In this document: in pieces, positions 37,175-50,490 of the stretch | Numbering within the stretch: position 1 is the stretch's first letter | Layout of the letters: each line of letters starts with the position of its first letter | From: Mobula hypostoma | Taxonomy: Eukaryota | Direction of reading: 5' to 3' | Length of the DNA stretch: 64,000 nt | Assembly: GCF_963921235.1 (NCBI RefSeq) | Contig: NC_086109.1 | Coordinates: 24,616,001-24,680,000, forward strand | Made by a program: the position numbers and the translations under genes | Notes under the pieces: model-generated | Databases searched by the model: none | What the model was told of the DNA's origin: nothing | Seen by the model: only the letters and a program-made list of their open reading frames with translations

Positions 37175-38080
37175 TTGACATCTGGTCACGACCAACCTCT
37201 CAAAACATTTCATCACTGTAGATGTGAGTGCTACCAGACGATAGTCATTACGGCGGCTCACATTATTCTTCCTAGGTACTGGTATGATTGTTGCCTTTTT
37301 GAAGCAAATGTGGGAACTTCCGCCTGTAGCAGCGAGAGGTTGAAAATATCCTTGAATAATTCTGCCAGTTGGTTGGCACAGGTTTTCAGAGCCTTACCAG
37401 GTACTATATTGGGACCTCCCGCCTTGCGAGAGTTCACCCTCTTTCAAGACAGCCTAACATTTGAGACGGAGTTCAGAGGGTCATTGGGTGCAGCAGGGAT
37501 CTTCACAGCTGTAGTTGTATTCTGCCTTTCAAAGCGGGCATAGAAGCTGTTGAGTTCATTTGGGAGTGAAGCAGAGCTGCCATTCATGCTATTGGGCTTC
37601 GCTTTGTTGGAAGTAATATCTTGCAAACTCTGCCAGAGTTGTTGTACATCCGATGTCACCTCCAACCGCATTCGAAATTGTCTTTTCGCCCTTGAAATAG
37701 CCCTCTGCAAATCATACCTGATTTTCTAGTACAGACCTGGGTCGTCAGACTTGAATACCACAGATATAGCCTTCAACAGACGACATACCTCCTGGTTCAT
37801 CCACAGCTTTTGGCTTGGGAATGTACAGTAAGTCTTTATAGGTACACACTCATCCACACAGGTTTTAATGAAGTCAGTCACAACTGCAGCATACTCATCC
37901 AGATTCAAAGATGAATCCCGGAATACAGTCCATTTCACGGATTCAAAGCAATCCTGTAAGCATTCCTGTGCTTCCCTTGTCCAAACCTTCTTGGTCCTCA
38001 CTACAGGTGCTGCAGTCTTCAGTCTCTGCTTATACTCAGGGAGTAGAAGTACAGACAGGTGATCAGACTTCCCGAAGTGA
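37175..38080 (-). mobile_element. Rex1/Babar-type LINE internal fragment
   Basis: LQDCFESVKWTVF..FIKTCVDECVP..FPSQKLWMN; LPNELNSFYARFE. Confidence 0.8.
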
Positions 38081-39228
38081 ATAGTTAAAATAAGTCATGC
38101 AGAAAATTGAAAAACAGAAATTTAAAAAGTAGTGAGGTAGTGTTCATGGGTTCAGTGTCCATTTAGAAATCGGATGGTAGGGGGAAGAAACTGCTTCTGA
38201 ATTGCTGAGTGTGTGCCTTCAGACTTCTGCACCTCCTTCTTGACAGTAACAGTGTACAGACGGTATGTCCTGGGTGATGGGGGTTCTTGATCCAAGATCA
38301 AGAATGATGATTTCGGAGAAGGACATAAAGATACGGAGGGCGCTGGCGTGGAGGGATATGAATGACATGAAGGAAATCTGAAAGTCGAACCTGACCAGAG
38401 GGCTTAAAAAGAGGATCCTCATAGCAGTCATAGAGTCCATTCTGACGTACGAATGCGAGACGTAGACACTCACCTAGTCTCTATTCACGAATGCTCCGGA
38501 TGGCTCTTGGTGTGAGTTGGCAACAGCACATGATGAACATCGAGCTCTATGATGACCTACTAATGCTCACCACTAAATTCGAGACGAGAAGACTGCAACT
38601 AGCGGGGCACTGTCCACACCACCCCAAGCAACCTGCCAGCTTAGTCATCATATGGGAGCCCAAGCATGGGAGAATGAACCCTGGGTGCCCTCCCAAGACT
38701 ATGGTCAACACGCTCCTAGAAGACAGCAGTGCGGCTAATGTTGATGAACTGAACACACTGATGGGGCGGGGGGGGTGCGGGGAGAAGTGAAGAGTCCATC
38801 ATCGTGCCCGATGCCGGCCCCCTAAGCCTGAGTTGACGTAGTAGTAGTAATAGATGGGGGTCCTTAGTGATTGATGCCACCTTTCTAAGGCATCTTGAAG
38901 GTGTCTATGGACGCTAGTACCCATGGTGGAGCTGAAAAATTTCTCCACTTACTTCTATTTTATGTAGTAGCTCCCGCGCCACCCCCCGCCCCCTCCGCCC
39001 CCGTACCAGATGGTGATACAGCCAGTCAGAATGCTCTCCACGGTACATTTGTAGAAGTTTTCAAGTGATTTAGCTGACAAACCAAATCTCCCCATACTCG
39101 TAATGAAATATAAGCACTGTCTTACCTTCTTTATAGCTGCACGAATATGTTATGTCCGGATTAGCTCCTCAGAGATACTGACATCCAGGAGCTTGAAATT
39201 GCTCACTCTTTCCACTTCTGATCCCTCA
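38081..39228 (-). mobile_element. Rex1/Babar-type 3' fragment interrupted by an RTE fragment
   Basis: cagccagtcagaatgctctccacggtacatttgtagaag and related sequence shared with 59400-59620. Confidence 0.7.
38290..38852 (+). mobile_element. RTE-like LINE 3' fragment with (tag)n tail
   Basis: MLRMALGVSWQQH..RRLQLAGHC..IIWEPKHG..PPKT; flanked by gatgggggttctt / gatgggggtcctt. Confidence 0.7.
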
Positions 39229-39813
39229 ATCTATCAGTCTTAAATCAGACTGGGTGCTCTCCTCTAACTTCTCTAATCAACAAGGGGTTTTCACCCACAG
39301 TACCACCACTTAGTGGTTTTTTTTTGTTTTGTGACCATTCTCCATAAACTATAGAGACAGTTGTGTGTGAAAATCCCAGGATATCAGCAGGTTCTGAGGT
39401 ACTTAAACCACCCCGTCTGTCACCAACGATCATTCCATGCTCAAAGTCACTTAGATCACATTTCTTCCCCATGCTGATTTTGGTTTGAACAACAATCAAA
39501 CCTCCTGACCATGTCTACATGCTTTTATTCATTGAGTTACTGCCACATGATTGGCTGATTATGTATTTGCGTTAACAAGCAGGTGTACAGGTGTGCCTAA
39601 TAAAGTGGCCACTGAGTGTATATTAAATGAGAAAAATCTTTCTCAGCTACGCACAGTGAGAGACTGTGATGATAAACAACAACATTTATTTAGTATAGGA
39701 GCAGGAATAAATAACATCTCCCTGATTGTGAATTGCAAATTCATGTCGACCAGTAAAAAAAATCCAAACAAAACTATGAAGAAGTCAGAGTTAGGAGAAG
39801 CACAATCAGTATT

Positions 39814-39816
<3 letters not shown>

Positions 39817-39851
<35 letters not shown>
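39817..39851 (+). repeat. (AC)n microsatellite
   Basis: Direct observation. Confidence 0.95.
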
Positions 39852-39854
<3 letters not shown>

Positions 39855-40489
39855 TTATTGAGTGAGGGAGTTTAAGGTGAGTTGTGAAGGGTAGCGTATC
39901 ACAGTCTTCTGTGAATGGTGGGATTTACCCTCCCAGGAGCTCACGGATGACTCCTCTAGAATCTGCACCGTCGGTTTTTAATGCCACAGGGAAGCATGCT
40001 TCAGCGTACCTTTGACATTCACACCAGTCACAGGGACCATTCCAATTTTTCCTTTACAGGAACCACAGTCTAACAATACACATGGCTGAATATTGTTCCC
40101 ACCAATCAAGCACAAGATAATAATGGCCAGTGCTGGTTTCTCACAATTTGTGCAGTAAACTCCACTGAACTACCATGACTAGGACTTTGGTAACATTAAA
40201 CTCAGAGACTGAAAGTGCAAGACTATTGGATGTTATTCTAACTAATACTCCAAAGCACTTTAAATTCACATTTTCAGTATTAAGCACTAATATTTTCCAG
40301 TAAATTTAAAGGGAGCGCAGGAAAGAGAGGGCAGCGAGTTTCAAGGGTGTGGAAACATGACCTCTGAGAGCTTCATGGGAAATTTGATAAATGTTTACTT
40401 ATGGTCGCATAAGACATAAGAGCAGAATCAGGCCATTCGGCCCATCAAGTCTATACTGAGGTGGAGTAAAGATGGTTGGTTTGAGTGCC

Positions 40490-40750
40490 ACATATAAATA
40501 ATTTTATTCCAACCGTGCATTGAGATAGTACAAGGGAAAGCAGTAACAGAGTGCAGAATAAAGTGTTGCAGTGATGGGTAAAGTGCAGTGTAGGTGGACA
40601 GTTAGGTGCAAGGCCACAGTAAGGTAGGTTGTGGGGACAAGAGTCTGTCTCATCATATCAGGGAACAGTTTTACAACTGTGGAATAGAAGCTGTCCTTGA
40701 GCCTAATGGTACATGCTTTCATGCTTTTGCATCTTCTGCTTGATGGGGTT
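40490..40750 (-). mobile_element. Rex1-type 3' UTR fragment
   Basis: PSSRRCKSMKACTIRLKDSFYSTVVKL. Confidence 0.65.
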
Positions 40751-40989
40751 GGGGGGAATGGAGGAAAAGGCAGAATCTTCAGGAGCCATGAGCATGAGGA
40801 ATGTAAGCAGGCAACGTTCAAGGAAATGGCAGACATAGAACAGATTGGGTTGAAAAAGACTCCAGGTCATGGAGCCTAAGTGTGTTGAAGGGAGTGTGGG
40901 AAATGAGGCCCTGGTGCTTGAAAGGAAATAGAGGAAACATGGCTCCAGTGACTTAAAGTGTAGAGGCATAGATACAGTGAACGAACACT

Positions 40990-41305
40990 GTCATTTCCCC
41001 AGTGTAGGAGAGCCTACAACTAGAAGGCATAGATTTAAGGTGAGAGGGAAAAGATTTAAAGGGGGGTAAGAGGGAACTTTTTCACACAGATGGTAGTGGG
41101 TATATGGAATGAACTGCCAGAGGAAGTGATAGAAGTAGGTACAATTACAACATTTAAAGAAATATTTAGGCTGCTGTATGGATAGGAGAGGTCAGAAGGA
41201 TATAGGCCAAACAGGGAAAATGGGACTAACTCAAGTCGACAGGTTGGTCAGTACGGATGAATTTGGCCAATGGGGCAGTTTCGGTATTGCTTAACTATGA
41301 TTTGA
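40990..41305 (+). mobile_element. CR1 3' fragment
   Basis: ctagaaggcatagatttaaggtgagaggg..tttttcacacagatggtagtgggtatatggaatgaactgccagagg. Confidence 0.8.
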
Positions 41306-41789
41306 AAACCAAGCACGAGAGCTGAGGCCTTAATGTGTTAAAGGGAGACTGGGAATAAAGGTCATATGGTGTAAAGGGGAGCGGTAAATTAATCAAGTCT
41401 ATCAGCCAAGAGCAGCTTGCAATAAATCTCCATTCTCTGATGCATTAAAGGTATTGCAACAATCAATGTCCAGTGTATTAAAGGGTGTATGGCAACTATA
41501 AAGTTAAGTGGGCTGAGGGAACCAGGGCCAGACTGTGTCAGCATGCAGAGAGCCAGAAGTTGAACAACTAGGATTTTGCAGCGATGGGATAATAGACTAT
41601 CAGAGTGTTACTGTTAGAGGGCATTCTGTGTCCTTTCTCCATCACTTTCAGAGTGGCCTCTGGATGTAGCCACTCTCTGATCACACTCTCAGGCTCTGGG
41701 CCTGGAGGCAGGCCTCAGTCAAATTCAGTCTCCGAAAGGTCTGGACGCAGTGACAATAGAGAGGATGTTTCATTAAGAGAACCTGGGAA

Positions 41790-42090
41790 CTGAGGGAATA
41801 ACCTCAGAACAAAGGGGGGGGGGTCCCTTTAAGAAAGGGATGAGAAAGAATTTCTTCAGCCAGAGGGTGGTGAATCTGTGGAATCCATTACCACATAGGC
41901 TATGGAGGCCAAGTTATTGGGTGTTCTTAAGGCAGAAATTGATAGAAGTTTGACTGATAGGGGTTAAGGGTTACGGGGAGAAGGGAGATGACTGGTGTTG
42001 TTTAAAAAGAAACAGCCATGACAGAACGGCAGAACCGACTTGATGGGCCAAAGTACTTAATTCTACTCCTTTATCTTACAATCTTATGGT
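41790..42090 (+). mobile_element. CR1 3' fragment
   Basis: aatttcttcagccagagggtggtgaatctgtggaat. Confidence 0.8.
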
Positions 42091-42611
42091 AAACTCCAAT
42101 ACCTTTTGAAAAGTGATGAACAGTGCACAGCTTATTTTGTTTTATTATTATTATTATGTGATCAGCAGTGGGAGATTGGGGGGAAGACAGTAGATACACA
42201 GATAGAATAGTCTCCAAGGCTACACAGTGAGGTTCAATGTGTGACCTGCATTGGGTTCACACACTTAATGTGATTATACACTTTACGATCTACTGTGAAT
42301 AAAACTGAATATGATTGTCAAAAGAATAGGAAACGCTTCTGGATTTTGAAATTGTATCCATTTAATAAGATTTTATGCTTCTCAAGTACAGAATCATTGA
42401 GCTAGATCCCTTTTTAAAGTGGGGCTTTTCATTCAATCTCTTCTGTCCCATTCTAAGCAACCTAGGTAATTGTATGGAAGAAATGGCTCTGTTGACACAT
42501 ACATTGATGTGAAAATCAGTATCATGCTTTATGACAAACATTGTGTAGCATAGTGTTTATCCTAAGTGACTTCTAAAAAAAATAATGATTCACGATAAAA
42601 ACATTTCCTTT

Positions 42612-43022
42612 AACAACACACACAAAATATTGGAGCAACTCGGTGGGTCAGGCAGCATCTACAGAAATGAATAAACAGTCAGTGCTTTGGGCTGGAAGGT
42701 GAGGGGGAAGATGCCGGAATAAAAAGTGGCAGGAGGGGAAGAAGGACAAGCTAGAAGGTGATTGGTGAAACCAGGTGGGTGGGGGAGGGGGGAATGAAGT
42801 AAGGAGCTGAGAGGTGATAAGTGGAAAAGGCCATGGGCTGGAGAAGAAAGTATCTGATAGGAGATGAGAGTAGTCCATGGGAGGAAGGGAAGTAGGAGGG
42901 ACAGAGTGGGGTGATAGGCAAGTGAGGAAAAGAAGTAAGAGGCTAGAAAGGGGAATAGAAGAATAAGAATGGGGAAGCGTGGGCGGGTGGAGTTACTCGA
43001 AGGAGAAATCGAGGTTCATGCT
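42612..43022 (-). mobile_element. Older PLE 3' UTR with the hammerhead partly deleted
   Basis: caacacacacaaaat..ggtcaggcagcatcta; purine-rich UTR similar to 620-860 reversed. Confidence 0.7.
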
Positions 43023-43508
43023 ATGGCATGTTAGTACGTACCTGAATCCCAGTCACTCTTGTAAGTTTCTGTCAAATATATATAACAGGACTTTGGAAAA
43101 TAAGTATACCAACAAAGCTGCTGTACTTCTTGAGTTGCATTGATGATTGCTCTGACTATTCATTATTGGCCTCTGCAACTGGGAAATGTCATGGTTTTTA
43201 TTATATTTAATTATCATCAGGTGGAGAGATTTCATCTACAGATAATGGAAATGCAGGGACAAACTCTGTGTGTTGTACTTCCATCAGGGAGGAGGCTACA
43301 TAGCATTCACACCAGGATCACCAAACTTAAAAAGTTATTCTCCTTAAGCAGTAAGGCTGATAAGCACCTCCACCCACTAACCCACCCTTCAACACCCCCA
43401 ACCACCACTACTTTATCATTTCCTGTCTCTCACCTTATGTACACAGTCCTGTGCCTGGCATCACTTTATAGACATAAAATCAATTATATACATTATCCTA
43501 TGTATTTA

Positions 43509-44634
43509 CTTTTTTTAAAGAAAGGGGCTTCCCTTCCTCCACTATCAACTCTGCTCTTAAACGCATCTCCCCCATTTCACGTACATCTGCTCTCACTCCA
43601 TCCTCCCGCTACCCCACTAGGAATAGGGTTCCCCTGGTCCTCACCTACCACCCCACCAGCCTCCGGGTCCAACATATTATTCTCCGTAACTTCTGCCACC
43701 TCCAACAGGATCCCACCACTAAGCACATTTTTCCCTCCCCCCCCTCTGTTTTCCGCAGGGATCGCTCCCTACGCGACTCCCTTGTCCATTCGTCCCCCCC
43801 ATCCCTCCCCACTGATCTCCCTCCTGGCACTTACCCGTGTAAGCGGAACAAGTGCTACACATGACTTTACACTTCTTCCCTTACCACCATTCAGGGCCCC
43901 AAACAATCCTTCCAGGTGAGGCGACACTTGACCTGTGAGTCGGCTGGGGTGATATACTGCGTCCGGTGCTTCCGATGTGGCCTTTTATATATTGGCGAGA
44001 CCCGACGCAGACTGGGAGACCGCTTTGCTGAACACCTACGCTCTGTCCACCAGAGAAAGCAGGAACTCCCAGTGGCCACACATTTTAATTCCACATCCCA
44101 TTCCCATTCTGACATGTCTATCCACGGCCTCCTCTACTGTAAAGGTGAAGCCACACTCAGGTTGGAGGAACAACACCTTATATTCCGTCTGGGTAGCCTC
44201 CAACCTGATGGCATGAACACTGACTTCTCTAACTTCCGCTAATGCCCCACCTCCCCCTCGTACCCCATCTGTTATTTATTTTTATACACACATTCTTTCT
44301 CTCACTTTCCTTTTTCTCCCTCCGTCCCTCAGAATATACCCCTTGCCCATCCTCTGGGTTCCCCCCCCAATTGTCTTTCTTCCCGGACCTCCTGTCCCCT
44401 GATCCTCTCGTATCCCTTTTGCCAATCACCTGTCCAGCTCTTGGCTCCATCCCTCCCCCTCCTGTCTTCTCCTATCATTTTGGATCTCCCCCTCCCCCTC
44501 CAACTTTCAAATCTCTTACTCACTCTTCCTTCAGTTAGTCCTGACGAAGGGTCTCGGCCTGAAACGTTGACTGTACCTCTTCCTGGAGATGCTGCCTGGC
44601 CTGCTGCGTTCACCAGCAACTTTGATGTGTGTTT
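43509..44634 (+). mobile_element. 5'-truncated PLE (GIY-YIG, 3' UTR, hammerhead 44536-44573) with 11-bp TSD, inserted in a Rex1-type tail
   Basis: ctatgtattta at 43498-43508 and 44635-44645; VIYCVRCFRCGLLYIGETRRRLGDRFAEH. Confidence 0.92.
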
Positions 44635-45840
44635 CTATGTATTTATTGTTATTATTGTGTTTTTTTGTTCAATATCGCATCTGCAGTAACAATTATTTTG
44701 TTCTCCTTGACAGTGCCTAGAGGGAAAGACATTAAACAATATTGGATCTTGAATTTGATTGGTGGAGGTGTGGGTTTGACCATTCAGGACTGGGATGGCA
44801 TTGAATCTGTGAAATTCACTGCTGAAGGGCATCATGAAGTATCGTTGTTGCGTATTTTCAAAACAAAAGTTGATGGACTGCTGAATGGTAGGCCAATCGG
44901 AGTATATGTGTTCAGTACAGAAGTAGCACTGACGTAACAAATCAGCAGCAATCTTATTGAAAGGTGGAGCAGCCATAAGGGGCTGATTGGCCCATTCCTG
45001 AATCTTGTTCCTTGGGCATAGCATTGCATGCAAGGTTGATTATGTCCTGAAGGGAGAAGCAAAAACAACCAGCGTTTGACAGAGGGAAACGTGAGGAGGG
45101 AAAAACATTATGAAGTGTGTGTAAAGATGAAATCAGAGAGAAGGTACCTAGAAAAAAAAACAATGAGGCAAAGTTGCTTATGCTGGCAAATAGAAGTAAA
45201 TTCTGGACAGCAGACTAAGTTCATGGACCCAAGTGGTTTTAAATGTATCACAATAACTCACTGCAAAATAAATTAACTTTTCAAACCACAGAAATAATTC
45301 AGAGTCAGAATCAGGTCTTTATTATCACTGACATTACTGTGAAATTTGTTGCTTTGCAGCAGCAGTACAATGCAATGCGTAAGAAGAATCCTATAAGTTA
45401 CAATAAGAAATTTAAGATGAGCACTGCCAGAGGAACTCGTGGACAAAAATGAATCAGAGAGGCAGTTAGCACAATAAGCCTTAACTTCAGCAACTGTAGG
45501 CCCTTATTTGCCTTTTGTTTGTGCCAGTACGGTTGGTAATGTAGTTATTGCTGAAAAAAAGGATAAAGTGTGGGGAATATTATGTGCAGAGTTTAGAAAG
45601 TGTAAAATTACTATCAGAGTTATGACATAGAACTAAGGGATCATAATGGAAAGAGGACAGAAATAAGAACTGAAGGGAATCACTGAACTACAAGCCTATA
45701 CTTGTTTACATCAGCACGAGGGAGGAGTGGAGCAGCCTCCCAGGTCTCCTTCAGCAAAACCAAATGTGAAAGAGAGTTTGGTTACTGACATTTGCAGCTA
45801 ATGTTGTATTTTATCATTATTTTAATTCTGATTTAAATTC

Positions 45841-46515
45841 TTAGATTAGATTAGATTATGAGGACACACAGTCCTCTTTTATTGCCATTTAGTAATGCAT
45901 GCATTAAGAAATGATACAATTTGGTCCTCCAGAATGATATCACAGAAACACAAGACAAACCAAGACTAAAAAAACTGACAAAAACCACATAATTATAACA
46001 TATAGTTACATTAGTGCAAAGCAATACCGTAATTTGATGAAGAACAGATCATGGGCACGTAAAAAAAAGTCTCAAAGTCTCTCGAGAGTCCCATCATCTC
46101 ACTCAGACAGTTGAAGGGAGAAAATCTCCCTGCCGTGAGCTTCCAGCGCCGCAAACTTGCCGATGCAGCATCCTGGAAGCATATCCCGACCACAGTCTGA
46201 CTCTGAGTCCATCCGAAAACTTCGAGCCTCCGACCAGCCCTCCAACACCGAGCACCGAGCACCATCTCTGCTGAGCGCTTCGACCCCGGCCCCGGCAACA
46301 GGCAATAGGCAAAGCCAAGGATTTGGGGCCTTCCCCTCCGGAGATTCCCGATCACACAGTAGCAGCAGAGGCGAAGCAGGTATTTCAGAAGTTTCTCCAG
46401 TTGTTCCCCTGTACTTCTTCATGTCTGTCTCCATCAAATCAGGATTGTGCACTATTTAACAAATACGATATCAATTCGGAGCGGCCACGCACGCTGCGTC
46501 GCGTCGCCATCTTCT
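45841..46515 (-). mobile_element. Uninterrupted copy of the ~700-bp non-autonomous element
   Basis: Reverse-complement match to 25756-26398 + 30893-30936; (ttaga)n tail; gcgtcgccatcttc 5' end. Confidence 0.9.
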
Positions 46516-46577
46516 GTGAGGAGAACTGAATTTATACCCTTTCCCATCAATGGCATATCCTCCATCTCCTCCCATAT

Positions 46578-46850
46578 TATAGTGTAGTGGTGAGCACAAG
46601 ACTTTACAGTACAGGTGACCTGGGTTTAATTCCAGCTGCTGTCTGTAAGGAATTTGTACGTTCTCCGGCCACCGTGTGCGTTTCTTCCGGGTGCTCCGGT
46701 TTCCTTCCACAGTCCAACATTGTACCAGTTGGTAGGTTAATTGATAATTTTAAATTGTCCTGTGATTAGGCGAGGATTAAGATGGGGGATTGTGGGTGCT
46801 GTGGCTCAAAAGGCTGGAAGGGCCTATTGTGCATTGTATCTTAATAAATT
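46578..46850 (+). mobile_element. V-SINE-like SINE
   Basis: tagtgtagtggtgagc, gggtttaattcc, tttgtacgttctcc..tttcttccgggtgctccggtttcc. Confidence 0.8.
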
Positions 46851-47099
46851 TTTAAAACTAAATATTTCCATACTGTACCTTGTGATTCAATGCCCTTCAC
46901 TCTTTGTAACACATTTTGCATGACTCGTGGTGTTGACAATTTAAGTAAATGCAAGTTGATAGCGAACTTATAGCTTTCCAGACTTTACATCTGAATATCA
47001 CAGGCAAGGATTTCAAAAGCTGGAACGATTTCTAAAACCTCTCTTCTAATGTTGCTACAACTGCTGTAGGGGTTCCCTTTTACAGTAACACAAAAGTTG

Positions 47100-47640
47100 A
47101 CATTTGTGTGAAAGAAATAATGGAGCAAGCTCTTATAATGAGGCTAAAAGACCACGTATGGTGTTCCAGATGATACCAGTGCCATTCATCAGTGGGAATA
47201 ATACAGTGGGGGGTGGGAGGGGAAGAACAGACCGGAAAACGAACGGTAAGCAATAGTTTCTGCTAGGTTGCTGTTTCCAGTTAAATAAATGTTTTATTCT
47301 CATTATCAGTCCTTTCTTTATGTTGAGGTGCAAGGCGGAATTATGAAGGCAGCGGTCTTTCCACATTTCAAAAGATTAATGACAAATATAAATCGTTTGA
47401 CCTTTTCCCAGGGAGTTGGAGGTGAGGCAAGTCATTAAAGCCTCTTATGTGGTAATTAATGTTACAAAAGAAAAAATGTGGCTGTGCGGAAAATGGATGT
47501 GATCATTTAATTAGGGTTATGCGTCACATCGATAATAGGTTCATAGGTGTCATATTTTAACGAAGGCTTCAATATTACATGTTGTATGATAGTGAGGCAT
47601 CTTCATACAGCAATGACTGTTTTAATGAAGAACTGAAGAG
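47100..47640. promoter_or_regulatory. Candidate conserved non-coding element or enhancer
   Basis: TE-free, no convincing ORF, clustered TAAT/TAATTA motifs, retained CpGs. Confidence 0.3.
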
Positions 47641-49544
47641 CAAATCAAAGAGGAAGATGAAGAATGGGGGAGGGAAGGGGTGGGAGAAGATGGAATAAGG
47701 AGAAGAATTCCATTATATTTTCTTGCATTTCTCACAAGAAAGAAGAAGCGGTTTTAAATCAATGTTTCTAGAGCTTGTTAGAAAAGCAAGAAGACAATTT
47801 TGAGTATTTACGGTACCTATATTCTGACGAACGTGCAAGGAAATTCTTGTAATATTTTTCATGTGCTTCAATATATAGAATATTTCTAACTTTGTCAACT
47901 TGTCAACTAATATATCATGGGCTTTTTCTTTGAGGTACATAACTGAAGCTATGTAGTTGGATCAGGTATTGTGTTTGCAAGCTCTCCTAGAACATTTCAA
48001 TTGAATAAGGGTCAATTTTTGCCGCGGAGATCAACCTGTGCATAGATATTTGCTGTGTTTCCCCAGAACATCATTGATCCTTACAGCGAGTGACTGGGAA
48101 TGTGACAAAATTTACAGAGATTCCCAGTGAGGATGGCAATATTCAAAGAGGTTCCCTCTGAGAGAGTATTTGCAGTAGGATGTCCTTGGGAGGCTGTTAA
48201 TATTTTCAGGGGCTCTGGGAAAAGGTGCTTTTTTTTTGCAGGGGCTCCTAGACTTACACTATATTAAATTCCTGACAATATTTTGACATTCGCAGGAGGT
48301 CTACTTATGAAGAAATGATCTAATGAATCATAGGGCTGCATTGGATGTGTGTGACAGTGGAACTTATTTCCAAGGAATATCAATATAGCAAACATTGTGG
48401 CACTCCCTCAAAAGAGGAAGATGATGTGTCACCATGTTGTGCAGCATCAGTACTGTCCTTCACACAAAGTGACTCTTTAACTCTTCCTCTTCAAACAGAA
48501 GGTGCTGGAAACACTAGGGTCAGGCAGGATGTGTAGAAAGGAAACCAGTCATGTTTGTAACGTACTGTGCTGCTTCTACAAAAAAAAGCTAATTTTCATG
48601 CCATTTATACACTGGGAATGTATGCCCATGATGATAAACTCAGACTTAAACTTGAAATAGAGTCAACATTTCAAGTTTGGGAAGTAGAAGGGAGAGCAGA
48701 GAAATTAATTTTAACCAGTAGAGAAACAGTAGAGTGGGATGAATCTCTCAGTATTGCCTTGAACACTTGTAGTCTTTACCTTTACTCACGACTATTTATG
48801 GGCAGGAGTTTACAGCCTGCTATTCCAAAGGCCAACAGGCCAGTGCCTGCTTAAGCGTGGCTCACTGCAACCTGGAGTTTCTCAATCCCTGACTTTGTCC
48901 ATTTCCTTTCAAAAGGAATTGTCCTCAGATGCAGATGTTCTGATTTTGCATTACTGTAGTTGAAGGAAATGGTTTATTTAGTAACAGAAAAAATTCTTCC
49001 CAAAGTATTATGTCCACCCTATTACTCACATAAGATTCGGCAACTTGACTTTTTAGGGAGCTGATGGCATACGCAACTGGAAGCCAAAACAGGCTTAAAG
49101 AAAATGTATTTATCTGAAACCTCCCCAGGTTTTTTTGACAATCATTTAAATGCTTTGAAAGTCTGTAATATCATTGTGTAAAACCATTTTCCAGGCTGAA
49201 AAAAATCATAAGAACAGTAAGAAGAAAAAACAATCAATAAGCATTATTTGGTGCTGTTAATTGACAGGAATGATGGCCAGGCCTTTGGACAGTTCCTGTC
49301 TGATGAAATCATAACATTACTCTGAAGTCTCAAGGATGACTGTTTAGACAGTGTGGTGTTCCCTTAAATAATGTAGCACTTCCTCAGTAAAGACCAGAAG
49401 TGCAGTATTCCCTCACTGTCCTCCTGGTATTGCACTTTGCTCAGTATTCCACTTCAACAATGCAACACGTTCCAGGTTCTAGCTTTCTGAAAGTGCAGAC
49501 CTTCTTCAGTATTGCCCTTTGTATAAAGCAGCTTAGCCATAATA

Positions 49545-50490
49545 CCAAGCAGTACACTCTAAATGCCGGAGGAACCCACCAGGTCAGGCAGTATCTATGA
49601 AGAGGAATAAACAGTCAACGATTTGGGTCGAGACCCTTGTTCAGGACTGAAATGGAAGAATACGAGAGCAAGGATGTGATGCTGAGGCTTTATAAGGCAC
49701 TGGTGAGGCCTCACCTGGGGCATTGTGAACAGTTTTGGGCCCTCATCTTAGAAAAGCTGTGCTGGCATTGGAGAGGGTCCAGAGGAGGTTCACAAGGATG
49801 ATTCCAGGAATGAAATGGTTTATAATACGAGGAGTGTTTGATGACTCTGAGTCTGTACTCGCTAGAATTCAGAAGAATGAGGGGGGGATCTCATTGAAAC
49901 CTTTTGAATGTTGAAAGGCCTAGACAGACTAGATATGGAAAGGATGTTTCCCATGGTGGGAGAGTCTAGGAGAAGAGGCCACAGCTTCAGGATAGAGGGG
50001 CGCTCTTTCAAAACAGAGATGTGGAGAAATTTATTTAGCCAAAGGGTTGTGAATTTGTCGGATTGTTTGCCATATGCGGCTGTGGAGGCCAGGTCATTGT
50101 GCATATTTAAGGCAGAGATTGATAGGTTCTTGATTGGACATGGCATCAAAGGTTACGGGGAGAAGGCCAGGAACTGGGGTTGAGGAAGAGGTAGAGAAAA
50201 GGATCAAACATGATTGAATGGCGGAGCAAACTCGATGGGCCAGATGGCCTAATTCTGCACCTATGTCTTATGGTCTTAAATGGGCAGAAGCCAGAGGAAG
50301 GAGGTGGGGAATGCAAGTTGGCAGGTGATAGGTAAGACCAGGTGAGGAGATGGTAGCTAGGTAGATGGGGGAGGGGAGCATGATGCGAGAAGTTGGGAGG
50401 TAATAGGCGGAAGAGGTAAATGGCTGAAGAAGGAGGAATCTGAGAGGAGAAGATAGTGGAATAAAGGGAAGGAGGTGAGGAACTGAGGGA
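49545..50490 (-). mobile_element. PLE 3' UTR (degenerate hammerhead 49612-49649) interrupted by a CR1 3' fragment at ~49656-50277 (+)
   Basis: caggtcaggcagtatctatg..gagacccttgttcaggactga; CR1 MLKGLDRLDMERMFP..RGHSFRI..FSQRVVNL with tcttatggtctt tail. Confidence 0.8.

Larger units (their letters stand above)
37099..39618 (-). mobile_element. Tc1-family element split by nested LINEs
   Basis: TIRs ctctcagtggccactttattaggtac / cctaataaagtggccactgagtg-TA; MGKKCDLSDFEHGMIVG..ADILGFSHTTVS at 39245-39499. Confidence 0.8.

Noticed and set aside
43140..43919. 259-aa ORF
   Set aside because: Chimera of unique DNA, a Rex1 tail and an off-frame PLE segment
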